Numbered from the stretch's first letter, positions 20,901 through 30,744 are shown. The stretch is DNA of 64,000 bases from [Clostridium] symbiosum (GCA_036419695.1 CP143946.1:3895935-3959934); one strand, 5' to 3'. The notes: generated from the sequence alone by a model not told the origin. Numbers and translations are program-made.

Positions 20901-22255
20901 AAAACTTCACCTCTATCCCGGACTAAAAATAACAGTTTTACATGAAATTGTTCTCCTGTCTCGTTAATCAGACAGGATCCTCCCATGCCCTTCATCATAC
21001 ATTTTAAATTTTCCAACCCCACTTTCGTACTCTCCACATGCCCTGCCTGCTCCTTTATCCGATTGCATATCTCAATTCCGGCCCACTCTTCCTCATATAC
21101 GGTGCGCAGCCAGATAAGTTCCTTCGGATCCGCATACTTTATCAGATTGGAACTCAAATTATCTATAATTCTTGCAATATAGTCCATTCTCACAGAGATG
21201 CTGGCCAATTTCCACTCCAGCTCCGCCTCAACTCCGAACCCCTGGCTCTCAAGTAATGCCGTCATTTCGGACAAATAATCCTCAAAAATATTCTGCAGGC
21301 GTTGCGGGGCATCCATTCCTTTCATTTTATTTTCTGTTTCCATCTGGCAGCTCTCAAACAGCCGGTTGGATAACTCTTTGATCAGGACTGCCTTCTTCAT
21401 AACTTTATCCAGATAATATCGTCTGGCCTTATCATCTCTGCAAATATCCGTCTGCAGGATTTCCACATAAACGGTTAATGAGGTCAGCGGCGTGCGCAGA
21501 TCATGTGCAATTCCTGTCACCAACCACTGGTTCGCCTCGCGTAATTTTCGTTCTTCTTCCATTGCCTGTTTCAGGGACAGACGCATTTTCTCCAACCCCT
21601 GAGCCAACTGTGCTAATTCATTATCACCGGATATGGTTACCCTCCGATCCAGGCATCCACCTTCCATTACGCAAATTTCTGATTGAATTTTCTGTATATA
21701 GTGGATCCCTTTTTTGACCCCATAGACAAAAACTATGAGGAATACCAGGAAAGCAGACAGGATTTCCGCTATCATTGCATATACATAATATTGGTACTCA
21801 AATATCCCAAACAGCCGCACAACCGCGTCTCCATCTGCAAAGGTAATATTATAATCTCTTCCCTCATAACCTGAAAAGGCTGTCCTTTCTCCATAATCAT
21901 TTGCATCTGCAGAAGAAAAAGAATCATATAACCAACGGTTATTCCGATAAATTTCCAGGTATACCACTCTCTGTTCTTTCACCCATTCCGATATATTTGT
22001 TTCATCAAGAGGCGTAAGATTATTTCTGGCGACAAACTCCTGGAATTGCCGGACACAGTCTTTTTCTTTTCTTTCTGAATAAGAAGATTTGGCAAAGTAG
22101 ATATCTAACCCAGCCTCAATCGTCACCTTTGCAATGCCAAAAAAGGAGACTGAAATAAGTGTACTAAGTAATATCAATACAACGAGCTGTCCTGTCAGGC
22201 TCCCTAAACATCCCTGGATTACATTCCACATTTTTTGCCACGCCTTTTTAATCAA
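20897..22255 (-). CDS. sensor histidine kinase (TCS-2), paralog of 16185-17588
   Basis: Same architecture and ~55% identity to HK-1 (VVYLEIYRNNR, GIAHDLRTPLTSLTVYVEIL); 4-bp overlap with DedA gene. Confidence 0.9.
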   Translation of the reverse strand: MIKKAWQKMWNVIQGCLGSLTGQLVVLILLSTLISVSFFGIAKVTIEAGLDIYFAKSSYSERKEKDCVRQFQEFVARNNLTPLDETNISEWVKEQRVVYLEIYRNNRWLYDSFSSADANDYGERTAFSGYEGRDYNITFADGDAVVRLFGIFEYQYYVYAMIAEILSAFLVFLIVFVYGVKKGIHYIQKIQSEICVMEGGCLDRRVTISGDNELAQLAQGLEKMRLSLKQAMEEERKLREANQWLVTGIAHDLRTPLTSLTVYVEILQTDICRDDKARRYYLDKVMKKAVLIKELSNRLFESCQMETENKMKGMDAPQRLQNIFEDYLSEMTALLESQGFGVEAELEWKLASISVRMDYIARIIDNLSSNLIKYADPKELIWLRTVYEEEWAGIEICNRIKEQAGHVESTKVGLENLKCMMKGMGGSCLINETGEQFHVKLLFLVRDRGEVF

Positions 22256-22505
22256 AACGATACCCCTTTCCCCACACCGTACTGATATGTTCCGGTCTCT
22301 GTGGATTTTTTTCTATCTTCATTCTCAATTTCCGAATATGGACCATTACGGTATTGCTGGAACCGTAAAAAAATGGTTCCTGCCATACACTCTCATAGAT
22401 GTTTTCCGCCTCCACGATCCGGTATCCCTCACTCTCCAGTAATACCCTGACGCCCTCCCTTATATCGGGATCATCCTCTATCAGTAATATTTTTACCGAC
22501 TCCAT
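22248..22505 (-). pseudogene. response regulator remnant with ~140-aa internal in-frame deletion (TCS-2)
   Basis: MESVKILLIEDDPDIREGVRVLLESEGYRIVEAE joined directly to NIYESVWQEPFFYGSSNTVMVHIRKLRMKIEKNPQRPEHISTVWGKGYRFD; both ends align to RR-1 but the phospho-acceptor Asp region and most of the DNA-binding domain are missing. Confidence 0.8.
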
Positions 22506-22743
22506 CGTTCTACCTCCTCCCAGCCTCACTTTATCCTATTATTCTGAATAGTTTCTGAATCAAATCTGAAAATTTATGAAAGCAGATTCGGCTGTTATGC
22601 TATCTCTGAACAATTCTAAAACCTGAATATACACCAACAATTCCACCCAAAACAGAAAAGAATACTTGCAGTATTTGCTGTTTTTAAACGATAACCATAG
22701 TGAAAACGGATTCCGGTTTCATTCAAAATTATTTCCTTTCATA

Positions 22744-22772
22744 TTGACAAAAGTTGATTTGAAGCATATACT
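22744..22772 (+). promoter_or_regulatory. sigma-A type promoter for arsR operon (TTGACA-17-TATACT) overlapping 13-bp direct repeats
   Basis: Read directly; AAAGTTGATTTGA at 22750-22762 and again at 22787-22799. Confidence 0.65.
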
Positions 22773-22795
22773 ATAACATATCAAAAAAAGTTGAT

Positions 22796-23122
22796 TTGAG
22801 GTGGCAAAAGTTGGAAACTACTCATGAGAAAAACGCCAAAGTATTTAAAGCGTTCTGCGATGAAAAGCGGCTTGCCATTTTAGAGTTGCTTCGCAGCGGT
22901 GAAAAATGTGCCTGCGTATTAATTGAGCAAATGGATATTGGCCAATCTTCCTTATCCTACCACATGAAGATTCTATGCGAATCCGGTGTGGTGGAAAGTA
23001 GGCAGGAAGGCAAATGGACACATTATCGTTTAAGTGAATCAGGAAGCAAATATGCTGCGGAACTCCTGGTGCAGCTCACGACTCCCTATGTTGCAAAAAT
23101 ACCAGTTAGAGACGGATTTTAG
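22796..23122 (+). CDS. arsR: ArsR/SmtB family metalloregulator (start TTG 22796 or TTG 22811)
   Basis: ArsR HTH (FKAFCDEKRLAILELL...CVLIEQMDIGQSSLSYHMKIL) with metal-binding-type Cys pair. Confidence 0.85.
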   Translation: MRWQKLETTHEKNAKVFKAFCDEKRLAILELLRSGEKCACVLIEQMDIGQSSLSYHMKILCESGVVESRQEGKWTHYRLSESGSKYAAELLVQLTTPYVAKIPVRDGF

Positions 23123-23191
23123 AAAAGCCATCAGAGAGATGGTTTTTCTTTCGGACAATACATCAACTTTTTTTGATATGAATGAATATGA

Positions 23192-24220
23192 ATGGAGGTA
23201 TTTCTCTTGCAGACTTTTCAGGCAATATGGCTATTTTTCCAAGATCAGATACTCGGCATGAAATGGTTGAACAACCTGATCGGGGATTTTCTCTCTGCCA
23301 TCGGTTTAAATATTTCCGGCCGGCTGGGCGGAAGTGTACAGTTTTTTCTTTATGATGTGATAAAAATCACGGTATTGCTGTGCTTTTTAATTTGGGGGAT
23401 ATCTTATATACAGAGTTATTTTCCTCCAGAACGCAGCAAAAAAATATTAGGACGTTTTCATGGAATAGGAGCAAACATTGTCTCTGCATTACTCGGAACT
23501 GTAACTCCATTTTGTTCCTGCTCTTCTATTCCACTGTTCATTGGCTTTACCAGTGCAGGGTTGCCCCTTGGAGTGACATTCTCCTTTTTGATTTCCTCTC
23601 CTATGGTTGACCTTGGCAGCCTGGTACTACTCATGAGCATCTTTGGCGCAAAAGTTGCCATTATTTATGTGATAGTCGGCTTAGTAATTGCCGTAATTGG
23701 CGGTACATTGATTGAAAAACTGCACATGGAACAATATGTAGAGGAATTTATCCGCAGCGCCGGCGGTGTAGATATTGATGCCCCTACGCTTACAGTAAAA
23801 GAGCGCATGACATACGCGAAGGAGCAGGTGCTTTCTACCTTTAAAAAAGTATTTCCTTACATTTTAGTCGGTGTTGGTATTGGTGCTCTAATCCACAATT
23901 GGATACCAGAACACTGGATTGAAGCAGTTCTTGGCAGCAATAATCCCTTTGGTGTCATTTTAGCTACACTGGTGGGTGTTCCCATGTATGCAGATATCTT
24001 TGGCACAATTCCGGTTGCTGAGGCGCTGCTTTCTAAAGGTGCACAACTCGGTACAATTCTCAGCTTTATGATGGCAGTTACCACGCTCTCATTACCATCG
24101 ATGATTATGCTTCGTAAAGCTGTAAAACCGAAACTGCTGGTTACCTTTATCACCATTTGCACCATTGGAATCATCCTGGTTGGTTATCTGTTTAATGCAT
24201 TCCAATTCCTATTAATATAA
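23192..24220 (+). CDS. arsP: ArsP-type permease (putative organoarsenical efflux permease; alternative TTG start at 23207)
   Basis: 8 TMs with conserved TPFCSCSS motif diagnostic of the ArsP/DUF318 permease family. Confidence 0.8.
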   Translation: MEVFLLQTFQAIWLFFQDQILGMKWLNNLIGDFLSAIGLNISGRLGGSVQFFLYDVIKITVLLCFLIWGISYIQSYFPPERSKKILGRFHGIGANIVSALLGTVTPFCSCSSIPLFIGFTSAGLPLGVTFSFLISSPMVDLGSLVLLMSIFGAKVAIIYVIVGLVIAVIGGTLIEKLHMEQYVEEFIRSAGGVDIDAPTLTVKERMTYAKEQVLSTFKKVFPYILVGVGIGALIHNWIPEHWIEAVLGSNNPFGVILATLVGVPMYADIFGTIPVAEALLSKGAQLGTILSFMMAVTTLSLPSMIMLRKAVKPKLLVTFITICTIGIILVGYLFNAFQFLLI

Positions 24221-24270
24221 GAAAAAACAATTTATCATAAACTAACTAAAATGAATGGAGGAATTAACGA

Positions 24271-24612
24271 ATGGGACTGTTTACAAAAAAGAAAGAAAAA
24301 ACTGGTGGCGGCGGAGGAAACTGCAATTCCGGAACGATGAGGCAGACGGAAATTGCCAAAAACTGCGGTGCAACGATTAAAGTTCTTGGCTCCGGCTGTG
24401 CAAAGTGTAATCAATTAGAGGCCGCTGTAAAAGAAGCCCTTGGCGAACTTGGTATGGCTGCCGACATCGAGCATATCACAGACTTCGCTCAGATTGCTGC
24501 CTACGGGGTAATGTCCACCCCCGCACTCGTAGTAAATGGTAAGGTTGTTTCCTATGGCAAGGTTTTAAAGCGGGATGAGGTAATTGAACTCCTCCAAAAA
24601 ACGCAGGAATAA
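24271..24612 (+). CDS. thioredoxin-family redox-active disulfide protein
   Basis: 113 aa, CxxC (GSGCAKCNQ), thioredoxin-like fold pattern; GGAGGA RBS; downstream of arsR-arsP. Confidence 0.75.
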   Translation: MGLFTKKKEKTGGGGGNCNSGTMRQTEIAKNCGATIKVLGSGCAKCNQLEAAVKEALGELGMAADIEHITDFAQIAAYGVMSTPALVVNGKVVSYGKVLKRDEVIELLQKTQE

Positions 24613-25202
24613 TTTAAAATACTTACAGAAAACAGCCAGCGATGAGGCCGGTAATTGCATTTGCCCGTTTGATAATTGGCTGGATACTGACTCCGGATAA
24701 TGCCGCCTCTGCGTGATCCAAATTCCGGAACACACTGCATCCCCATTTCCAAATCTGCGATTGGTGTACCTCTTAAAAATCCTACACTCATGCTTCTCAG
24801 TCCTTCCTTGAATTATAGTTTTCTGGTTTCGGGCATAAAAAAGCAGCTATGCTCAAATGTTAAAATGAACATAGCTGCCTGCCCACAGTCTTTTAGACCA
24901 TCTATGCATCTTTTAATTCTTTTTCTTTATAGTTCCTGGTCAGTGTTATAAAATCAAAATTGTAGGGATCTTTCGTGAGTTCCTATGCTAAATCACTTCG
25001 TGCCGGTTTTCTATAAGAGAAGCAAAGCCCATGTCGCTGTCCACCAGGACTTTACACAACATATAGCTCTGCCTCTTTCATTCATATATTTAATTATCTA
25101 ATTTACGGAATTCCTTCTGTCCCAAAGATTCTACTATTGCTTACGGGGCTCCAATTCATACAGTTTTAGATTTCCTTTAATGCGTTAGAGGGCAATATGT
25201 TT

Positions 25203-25231
25203 GGACAAAAGCACAATGGTTTCGACATTTG
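25203..25231. repeat. displaced duplicate of rlmD 3' end (att-like repeat, copy 1)
   Basis: GGACAAAAGCACAATGGTTTCGACATTTG matches 26934-26963 at 24/29 nt; reverse-strand translation gives ...NVETIVLLSKHIAL*, an RlmD C-terminus. Confidence 0.7.
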
Positions 25232-25296
25232 TTGAGTGGATAATAATAATGGCAGAAGGGCGCAATTCTCCCCAAGCGGAAACAATATAATCATCT

Positions 25297-26349
25297 TTAT
25301 GCCTCACTTTGCTCCGCTTGATGTTCTAATTCCAGTAAATACTTATCATAGTCTGACATAAATAACCGATCCTGAACAATACGATATTTTTCAAACTCAG
25401 TCTCTGCATGAAGCTTTGCCTGTTCTGCACTGACTTTTCCCGGTCCCATCAGCAGTTCATTCCCGTTAAACTCCAGAAAACCATCAAGGCGCTTTGCCCA
25501 GTCCTCCATACTCATTGGTATTCTTCGTTCCGCCTGTAACTCCGCATAGTCTAGATACAGTGAAACGATTCTCTGTAAATAGGACATTTCCTTTTCGCTC
25601 AGATAATTCTTAGCAACGGTAACATCTGCTTTGACAATTTTCCCATCTGGCGCTGATTCCCATGTTGTCAGGCCCATATGTTCTTTTTCAGCATTTGCAC
25701 GTTCTACAATCAATTCTGCTGCCGTATGCCTATGTACGGCCCAATGCATCTTATTCTGCACCATTTTGAAAAACTGCCGTGTAGTCTTGGCATCTTTGTC
25801 GTAATCAAACGCTGTAGCATAAAGATCAGTAACCTTTTGATAAAACTTGCGTTCGGACAAACGTATCTCTCGAATATTCTCCAACTGCCGTTCAAAATAT
25901 TCATCGGTGAACATATGCCCTTTTTTCAGGCGTTCTTTATCCATCGTCCAACCTTGAATCGTATAATCCTTAACAATCTGCCCTGCCCATTTACGGAATC
26001 TTACAGCGCGGTCGTTGTTCACTTTAAATCCGATAGCAATGATCATTTGCAAGTTATAGTGAATCACCTCCCGGTTCACCTGCCGCGAACCTTCTGTTTG
26101 AACTATCCGGAATTTCCGGATAGTTGATTCCTGCGTCAGTTCATCATCCGTATAAATTTTTTTAATATGTTCATTGATTGTACGCACATCTACATCATAT
26201 AAAGTCGCAAGCATTTTTTGCGTCAGCCAGATATTTTCATTCTCATAACGCATTTCAAAGCTATCGTTACTATCCCCTGCTGAAGCCACATAAGTCAAAT
26301 ACTCCGCAGCAGAGCTGTGTATTGTAATATCATTCTTCTTTTTGGGCAT
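25297..26349 (-). CDS. RhuM family (virulence-associated) protein
   Basis: RhuM hallmarks (IRKFRIVQTEGSRQVNREVIHYNLQMIIAIGFKVNNDRAVRFRKWA); GGAGGGGG RBS; AT-rich relative to flanks. Confidence 0.8.
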   Translation of the reverse strand: MPKKKNDITIHSSAAEYLTYVASAGDSNDSFEMRYENENIWLTQKMLATLYDVDVRTINEHIKKIYTDDELTQESTIRKFRIVQTEGSRQVNREVIHYNLQMIIAIGFKVNNDRAVRFRKWAGQIVKDYTIQGWTMDKERLKKGHMFTDEYFERQLENIREIRLSERKFYQKVTDLYATAFDYDKDAKTTRQFFKMVQNKMHWAVHRHTAAELIVERANAEKEHMGLTTWESAPDGKIVKADVTVAKNYLSEKEMSYLQRIVSLYLDYAELQAERRIPMSMEDWAKRLDGFLEFNGNELLMGPGKVSAEQAKLHAETEFEKYRIVQDRLFMSDYDKYLLELEHQAEQSEA

Positions 26350-26441
26350 AAACAATCCCCCTCCCACATCCTATTATAGCAACTTTGGCAATTTAGAATC
26401 AGCTGTACTATTGCTTCTTTTAGATATATTCTGTCAAGTAA

Positions 26442-26720
26442 TCATTTATTTTCATCTTCCCACATGTCCCAATACGCTTCAATATAAAATTTGATGCACC
26501 TCGGATATACATATAAATATCTTTTACGCACCTTTTTATACAGCCCCAATATTTTTTCATCACAAGCAAAATCCAATAAATAATCGAGAAAATGTGACAA
26601 TTCGCCTTCTGATACTTCTCTGTTACACACATTTTCAACCAATGGCAGATAGGCATCATATACTTCTTGATATAGTTTACTTATTTTCTCTGCAATCTGG
26701 TATATACTTTCCTCCATCAA
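26442..26720 (-). CDS. hypothetical protein (92 aa), island cargo
   Basis: Intact ORF with 4-bp overlap to upstream small ORF; no recognizable motif. Confidence 0.5.
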   Translation of the reverse strand: MMEESIYQIAEKISKLYQEVYDAYLPLVENVCNREVSEGELSHFLDYLLDFACDEKILGLYKKVRKRYLYVYPRCIKFYIEAYWDMWEDENK

Positions 26721-26875
26721 ATCACCTCAAAATACTTAAGTGCATATTTTATTGCCTCCATTTTCTCTTTTGGCAGATATTTTCTTGGTTGTTTCAATTC
26801 TTCCACCGCATTAGGGACATCAAACATTGTTAATCCCAAAGACCTTTTCACCTCTGCAATTGCATCCAAAGGCAT
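26717..26875 (-). CDS. hypothetical small protein (about 52 aa from internal ATG; ORF track extends to 26902 with GTG)
   Basis: Begins right after rlmD stop; GGAGAAG...AAGGGG RBS before internal ATG; co-oriented two-gene cassette. Confidence 0.4.
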   Translation of the reverse strand: MPLDAIAEVKRSLGLTMFDVPNAVEELKQPRKYLPKEKMEAIKYALKYFEVI

Positions 26876-26904
26876 TTTCCCCTTGACTTCTCCAAATTCC
26901 ACTT

Positions 26905-28296
26905 TTACATCATATGGCTATCTGGTGACTTGTGGGACAAAAGTACTACCGTTTCGACATTCGCCGTCCCCGGAAACATATCCACACAGCAAACCTTCTC
27001 CACCCGATACCCTCTCTCCTGCAGAATCACCAGATCCCTCGCCAAACTGGTCGGCTTACAGGATACATACACCATCCGGTTGACCCCAAAATCAATAATT
27101 TTCTCAATAGCCTTGGGATGAATTCCATCCCTGGGCGGATCGAGCACGATCAGCTCCGGCTTATCTTTAAGCCCGTCCATCACCTTCAGGACATCGCCTG
27201 CGATAAACTCGCAGTTTTCCAGTCCGTTTAACAATGCATTCTTCTTTGCGGCCTCCACGGCCTCCTCCACGATCTCGACACCGACCACCTTCTCGGCCAC
27301 CGGAGCGAGAATCTGGGCAATCGTGCCGGTTCCGCTGTACAGGTCAAAAATCACTTTTCCCTTTGTATCGCCCACGTATTCCCTGGTCTTCTCGTAGAGC
27401 ACTTCCGCTCCCAGAGAATTAGTCTGGAAGAAGGAAAATGGTGAAATTCTGAATTTCAGGCCGAGAAGCTCCTCAAAGAAGTAATCCTGTCCATACAGGA
27501 TCTCCGTCCCCTCGTCCTTCACGGCATCGGCCAGGGAATCATTTCTCGTGTGCAGGATTCCCGTCATCGTTCCTTCCAGAGGCAGGGCCAGGATTTCCTG
27601 AAGCCATCCGTTCAGAAGCTCGTTCTCTTCTTCCGCCTCAATCTGGGTTGTCGTAATCAGGTCAATCAATATCTCCCCGGTCTTAACCGCCCGTCTCACA
27701 AGCAAATGGCGCAGATATCCCGTATGCTGCATTTTCTTATAAAAGCCTGTCCCCTTTTCCTCAAAGTACTGTTTGGAGCAGAGGAGGATATCACAGAAAT
27801 CTCTGTGCACAATCTGGCATTCCCCGGTAGTCACCACATCGTAAAAACTTCCGCGGCGGTGCATGCCAAGGGCCAGCGGTCCGTCCTTCACCTCATCACC
27901 GAAGGAAAATTCCATTTTATTGCGGTAACAGGCCGGGATGGGGCTCCCCTTGATTCCCTCAAATTCATAATCACTGCATACGCCGTCAATCAGCTCCTTC
28001 ACCTGTTCCCGCTTGATTTCAAGCTGTTTCTCATACGGTACGGTCTGATAGAGACAGCCTCCGCAGATTCCGTAATGAGGACATACCTTCTCTTCCGTCT
28101 CAATACCAGAAGGTTCCAGAACCTCAATCAGGCGCGCCTCACATTTTCCTTTTCTCTTCTTATTGACCAGAAAGCGGATCTTCTGACCCGGAAGAGCGTT
28201 TTTTACGACTACCTTCTCATCTTCTATTCTGACAATTCCCTTGTTCGGGAATTCAATTTTCTCCACGGTACCCTCATATACTTCGCCTTTTTTCAT
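26905..28296 (-). CDS. rlmD: 23S rRNA (uracil-5)-methyltransferase RlmD/RumA family
   Basis: TRAM domain, 4-Cys cluster (CPHYGICGGCLYQ), SAM-MTase motifs (DLYSGTGT, DPPRDG); C-terminal tail SHKSPDSHMM supplied by the inserted element. Confidence 0.88.
   Translation of the reverse strand: MKKGEVYEGTVEKIEFPNKGIVRIEDEKVVVKNALPGQKIRFLVNKKRKGKCEARLIEVLEPSGIETEEKVCPHYGICGGCLYQTVPYEKQLEIKREQVKELIDGVCSDYEFEGIKGSPIPACYRNKMEFSFGDEVKDGPLALGMHRRGSFYDVVTTGECQIVHRDFCDILLCSKQYFEEKGTGFYKKMQHTGYLRHLLVRRAVKTGEILIDLITTTQIEAEEENELLNGWLQEILALPLEGTMTGILHTRNDSLADAVKDEGTEILYGQDYFFEELLGLKFRISPFSFFQTNSLGAEVLYEKTREYVGDTKGKVIFDLYSGTGTIAQILAPVAEKVVGVEIVEEAVEAAKKNALLNGLENCEFIAGDVLKVMDGLKDKPELIVLDPPRDGIHPKAIEKIIDFGVNRMVYVSCKPTSLARDLVILQERGYRVEKVCCVDMFPGTANVETVVLLSHKSPDSHMM
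26934..26963. repeat. att-like repeat copy 2 inside rlmD 3' end
   Basis: GGACAAAAGTACTACCGTTTCGACATTCG encodes ANVETVVLLS of the intact RlmD. Confidence 0.7.
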
Positions 28297-28491
28297 CTCT
28301 ATAATTAACTCCTTCTCTGATTCTATATAAAACGCTGCCATCAAGAACTTATTAAGGCCGCTTTAAACATGCTTTAGTATACACGAAAACCAGACAGATG
28401 AAAAGCAAAATCCGCTAATCCTGTTCTCCCCGAACCACCTTTCGTTACGGTTTACACCACAGTCAGAAAGCCGCTGCGCTACGAACAGCAA

Positions 28492-29490
28492 CTACCTTTC
28501 TTCCGCCTCCATCCCCATCATCCTATGCTGCCTTCCCACTCTGGCCCTGATCAGATTCAAAAATGGTTCCGGCCCCAGCACGCGCACTACGGGACCGAAT
28601 GAGAGAATATCAATCAGCAGCTCCGTCTCATCCGCCCTGTCGTAATAAATGGAACAGCGGCAGGTATTTTTCTCTCCGTCAAATTCCGTATGTTTTTCAT
28701 AGCTTGCAAAGTGGAGCATGCACCGCTCCAGCGAGTTTCTCTCCCCGCTTATTTCTATCACGACGGGTTCCTTCGATTTTCTGCCGTTTCTAAACCGGAA
28801 GGATTCCACATTCTCTGAAACCTCCCGGTTTGAGGGATGGCAGGCCCGAATCCGGCTCATATTCAGCAGGATTTCCCTGCAGAAACTTCTGTGCGTATAC
28901 TGGCGGCAGCAGAGCCGGAATTTGTCATCCTTGGAGGAATACTGAAGCTGGTACGGCAGCACCTCATAGGTAAATGTGTCCTTCTGTTTTCCCTCATACG
29001 CTATAAAAAGCGCCTGCCCCTGTTTGATCGCGCTGAGTACCGTCCTGAAATTTTTCCGGTACGGTTCCGACTCATAGTCGTCCCCATCGCTGTATCTGTC
29101 ATAATAGTAAAAATTCGCCTCATTATAAAGAGGCATAACCTCTTTCAGAGCCTCATCGGCCCACCCGCGTTCCCTCTCATCTAAAAACATGCCTATCCTT
29201 CTGTCTGCCAGCAGTGATTTTAACCAGCTCTTTTGAAGCAGGGTAAGGGGAGGGCGGAGTTCTCCGTCCACGGCCGAAGAGTAAGTTTTGCCGTCTTCCT
29301 TTTCTTTTTTCAAAAGCGCCCACTCTCCGTCCAGCAGTTTTGGTAGAATTGCGAAAACACTCTCCTGGAAGCCATATTTCCTGATCAGCGTTTCCATCTG
29401 CTTTTCCGTCAGCGGCTGCTCCTTTGCCCCTGTCAGGATTTGTCTTACCACCTGGTAATAGCAGCTATAAACTTTATCAAATAATTCCAT
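28492..29490 (-). CDS. WYL-WCX domain regulator (PafC-like)
   Basis: WYL-like core (YQLQYSSKDDKFRLCCRQYTHRSFCREILLNMSRI) and WCX-like C-terminus (GPVVRVLGPEPFLNLIRARV). Confidence 0.65.
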   Translation of the reverse strand: MELFDKVYSCYYQVVRQILTGAKEQPLTEKQMETLIRKYGFQESVFAILPKLLDGEWALLKKEKEDGKTYSSAVDGELRPPLTLLQKSWLKSLLADRRIGMFLDERERGWADEALKEVMPLYNEANFYYYDRYSDGDDYESEPYRKNFRTVLSAIKQGQALFIAYEGKQKDTFTYEVLPYQLQYSSKDDKFRLCCRQYTHRSFCREILLNMSRIRACHPSNREVSENVESFRFRNGRKSKEPVVIEISGERNSLERCMLHFASYEKHTEFDGEKNTCRCSIYYDRADETELLIDILSFGPVVRVLGPEPFLNLIRARVGRQHRMMGMEAEER

Positions 29491-29493
29491 TTC

Positions 29494-30744
29494 CTAATCC
29501 TCACAATACATCTCGTACATCCGTTCCCAGTCCCGCTTCACCTTTGCGATGGCAGCCGGGTTGCTGCCCTCGATATCCAGAATCCGGCCCGTGAAGGTTT
29601 TAACCCAGGAAAGCATCTCATTGGTGTCAAAAAATGTGCCGTAGTAGAGATATTCATTTTCCCCTGTTCTGGTAATTTCCCCGCCGCGCCCTTCCCGGCG
29701 GAGCCGGTTCAATATGTAATCTTCTTTTTCCTCATCAATATACACCTTCATCCGGATTTCTTCCAGCCGGCTGGGACCTCCGAATGAGACTCCCCAGCAC
29801 CGGGCGATATTTTTATTGAGCAGTTCCTTCCACTGCTCACATTCACCGCACTCCTCCAATGCCTTGACCTGCCAGATACAGTCCAGACGGTAATTCATAA
29901 ACCGCCTGCGGTTCTCCAGGTAACAGCACACATACCTCCGTCCTGTCCTGACGCTTACAAAGATTCTAAGGGGCAGTCCCTGAATAACCGACGTATTGCC
30001 GCTGCGGCTGCTCTTATTGACAAAGGATATTTTCCGCTGTTCCCGGATGGCCTCCAGAATGTTCAGCAGTACTCCATCCTCTAATGTATGTACGATAAAA
30101 TGGTGCTTGAACTGAAAACTATCGTTGGCCGCGTTTTCCCGATCCAGGATGGTGCTGCCGACAAATCCGAAGGGAGCCGCCTCCTGAAAGAATTTTACAG
30201 CCGTCAAAACGTGTTCCCACGTTTCCGGTTCCGGCATCTGCTCCGTATGATCCGAAAAGCACGGCTTCAAAAAATATGCCAGCGACTTTCCTTTTTTCAC
30301 GGCTCCCAGAATCCCCAGTTCTTCATATTCTTTCAGCTTCAGCCGGACCGTCTGGCTGTCAAAGACAACGCCGTAGCTCTCCGCCATTCTGTCGCCAAGC
30401 TCACCTGCGCTCATTCCCTCACTCTGCCCGCACAACTGGTCCAGGATAAAAAAGTGGAGCATAATATCGTTGTCTGTAAAGCTTTTTGCCTTCCATGCGG
30501 CATAAAGTGGGTTCTGGCTGACCGTCCTGCTGTCCACATTGATATAGACCTGTTTTCCCTTTTGGGTGTACTCGGATTCCATATAATCGGAAAGCCAGCT
30601 CTCAATCCGCCGTCTCTCATTATCATAGGTTCTGGCGCTCTTCTTATCATAGTCACCCCGCACCTTAAATCCGTATATATAGAACTGCCGCATATAATCG
30701 CGGATGCGGTCAAAATTTTTGATCAGTTCCTGAAACTCCGTCAT
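29494..30744 (-). CDS. WYL-WCX domain regulator (PafB-like)
   Basis: WYL-like core (RTGRRYVCCYLENRRRFMNYRLDCIWQVKAL) and WCX-like end; immediately upstream of the paralog. Confidence 0.65.
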   Translation of the reverse strand: MTEFQELIKNFDRIRDYMRQFYIYGFKVRGDYDKKSARTYDNERRRIESWLSDYMESEYTQKGKQVYINVDSRTVSQNPLYAAWKAKSFTDNDIMLHFFILDQLCGQSEGMSAGELGDRMAESYGVVFDSQTVRLKLKEYEELGILGAVKKGKSLAYFLKPCFSDHTEQMPEPETWEHVLTAVKFFQEAAPFGFVGSTILDRENAANDSFQFKHHFIVHTLEDGVLLNILEAIREQRKISFVNKSSRSGNTSVIQGLPLRIFVSVRTGRRYVCCYLENRRRFMNYRLDCIWQVKALEECGECEQWKELLNKNIARCWGVSFGGPSRLEEIRMKVYIDEEKEDYILNRLRREGRGGEITRTGENEYLYYGTFFDTNEMLSWVKTFTGRILDIEGSNPAAIAKVKRDWERMYEMYCED

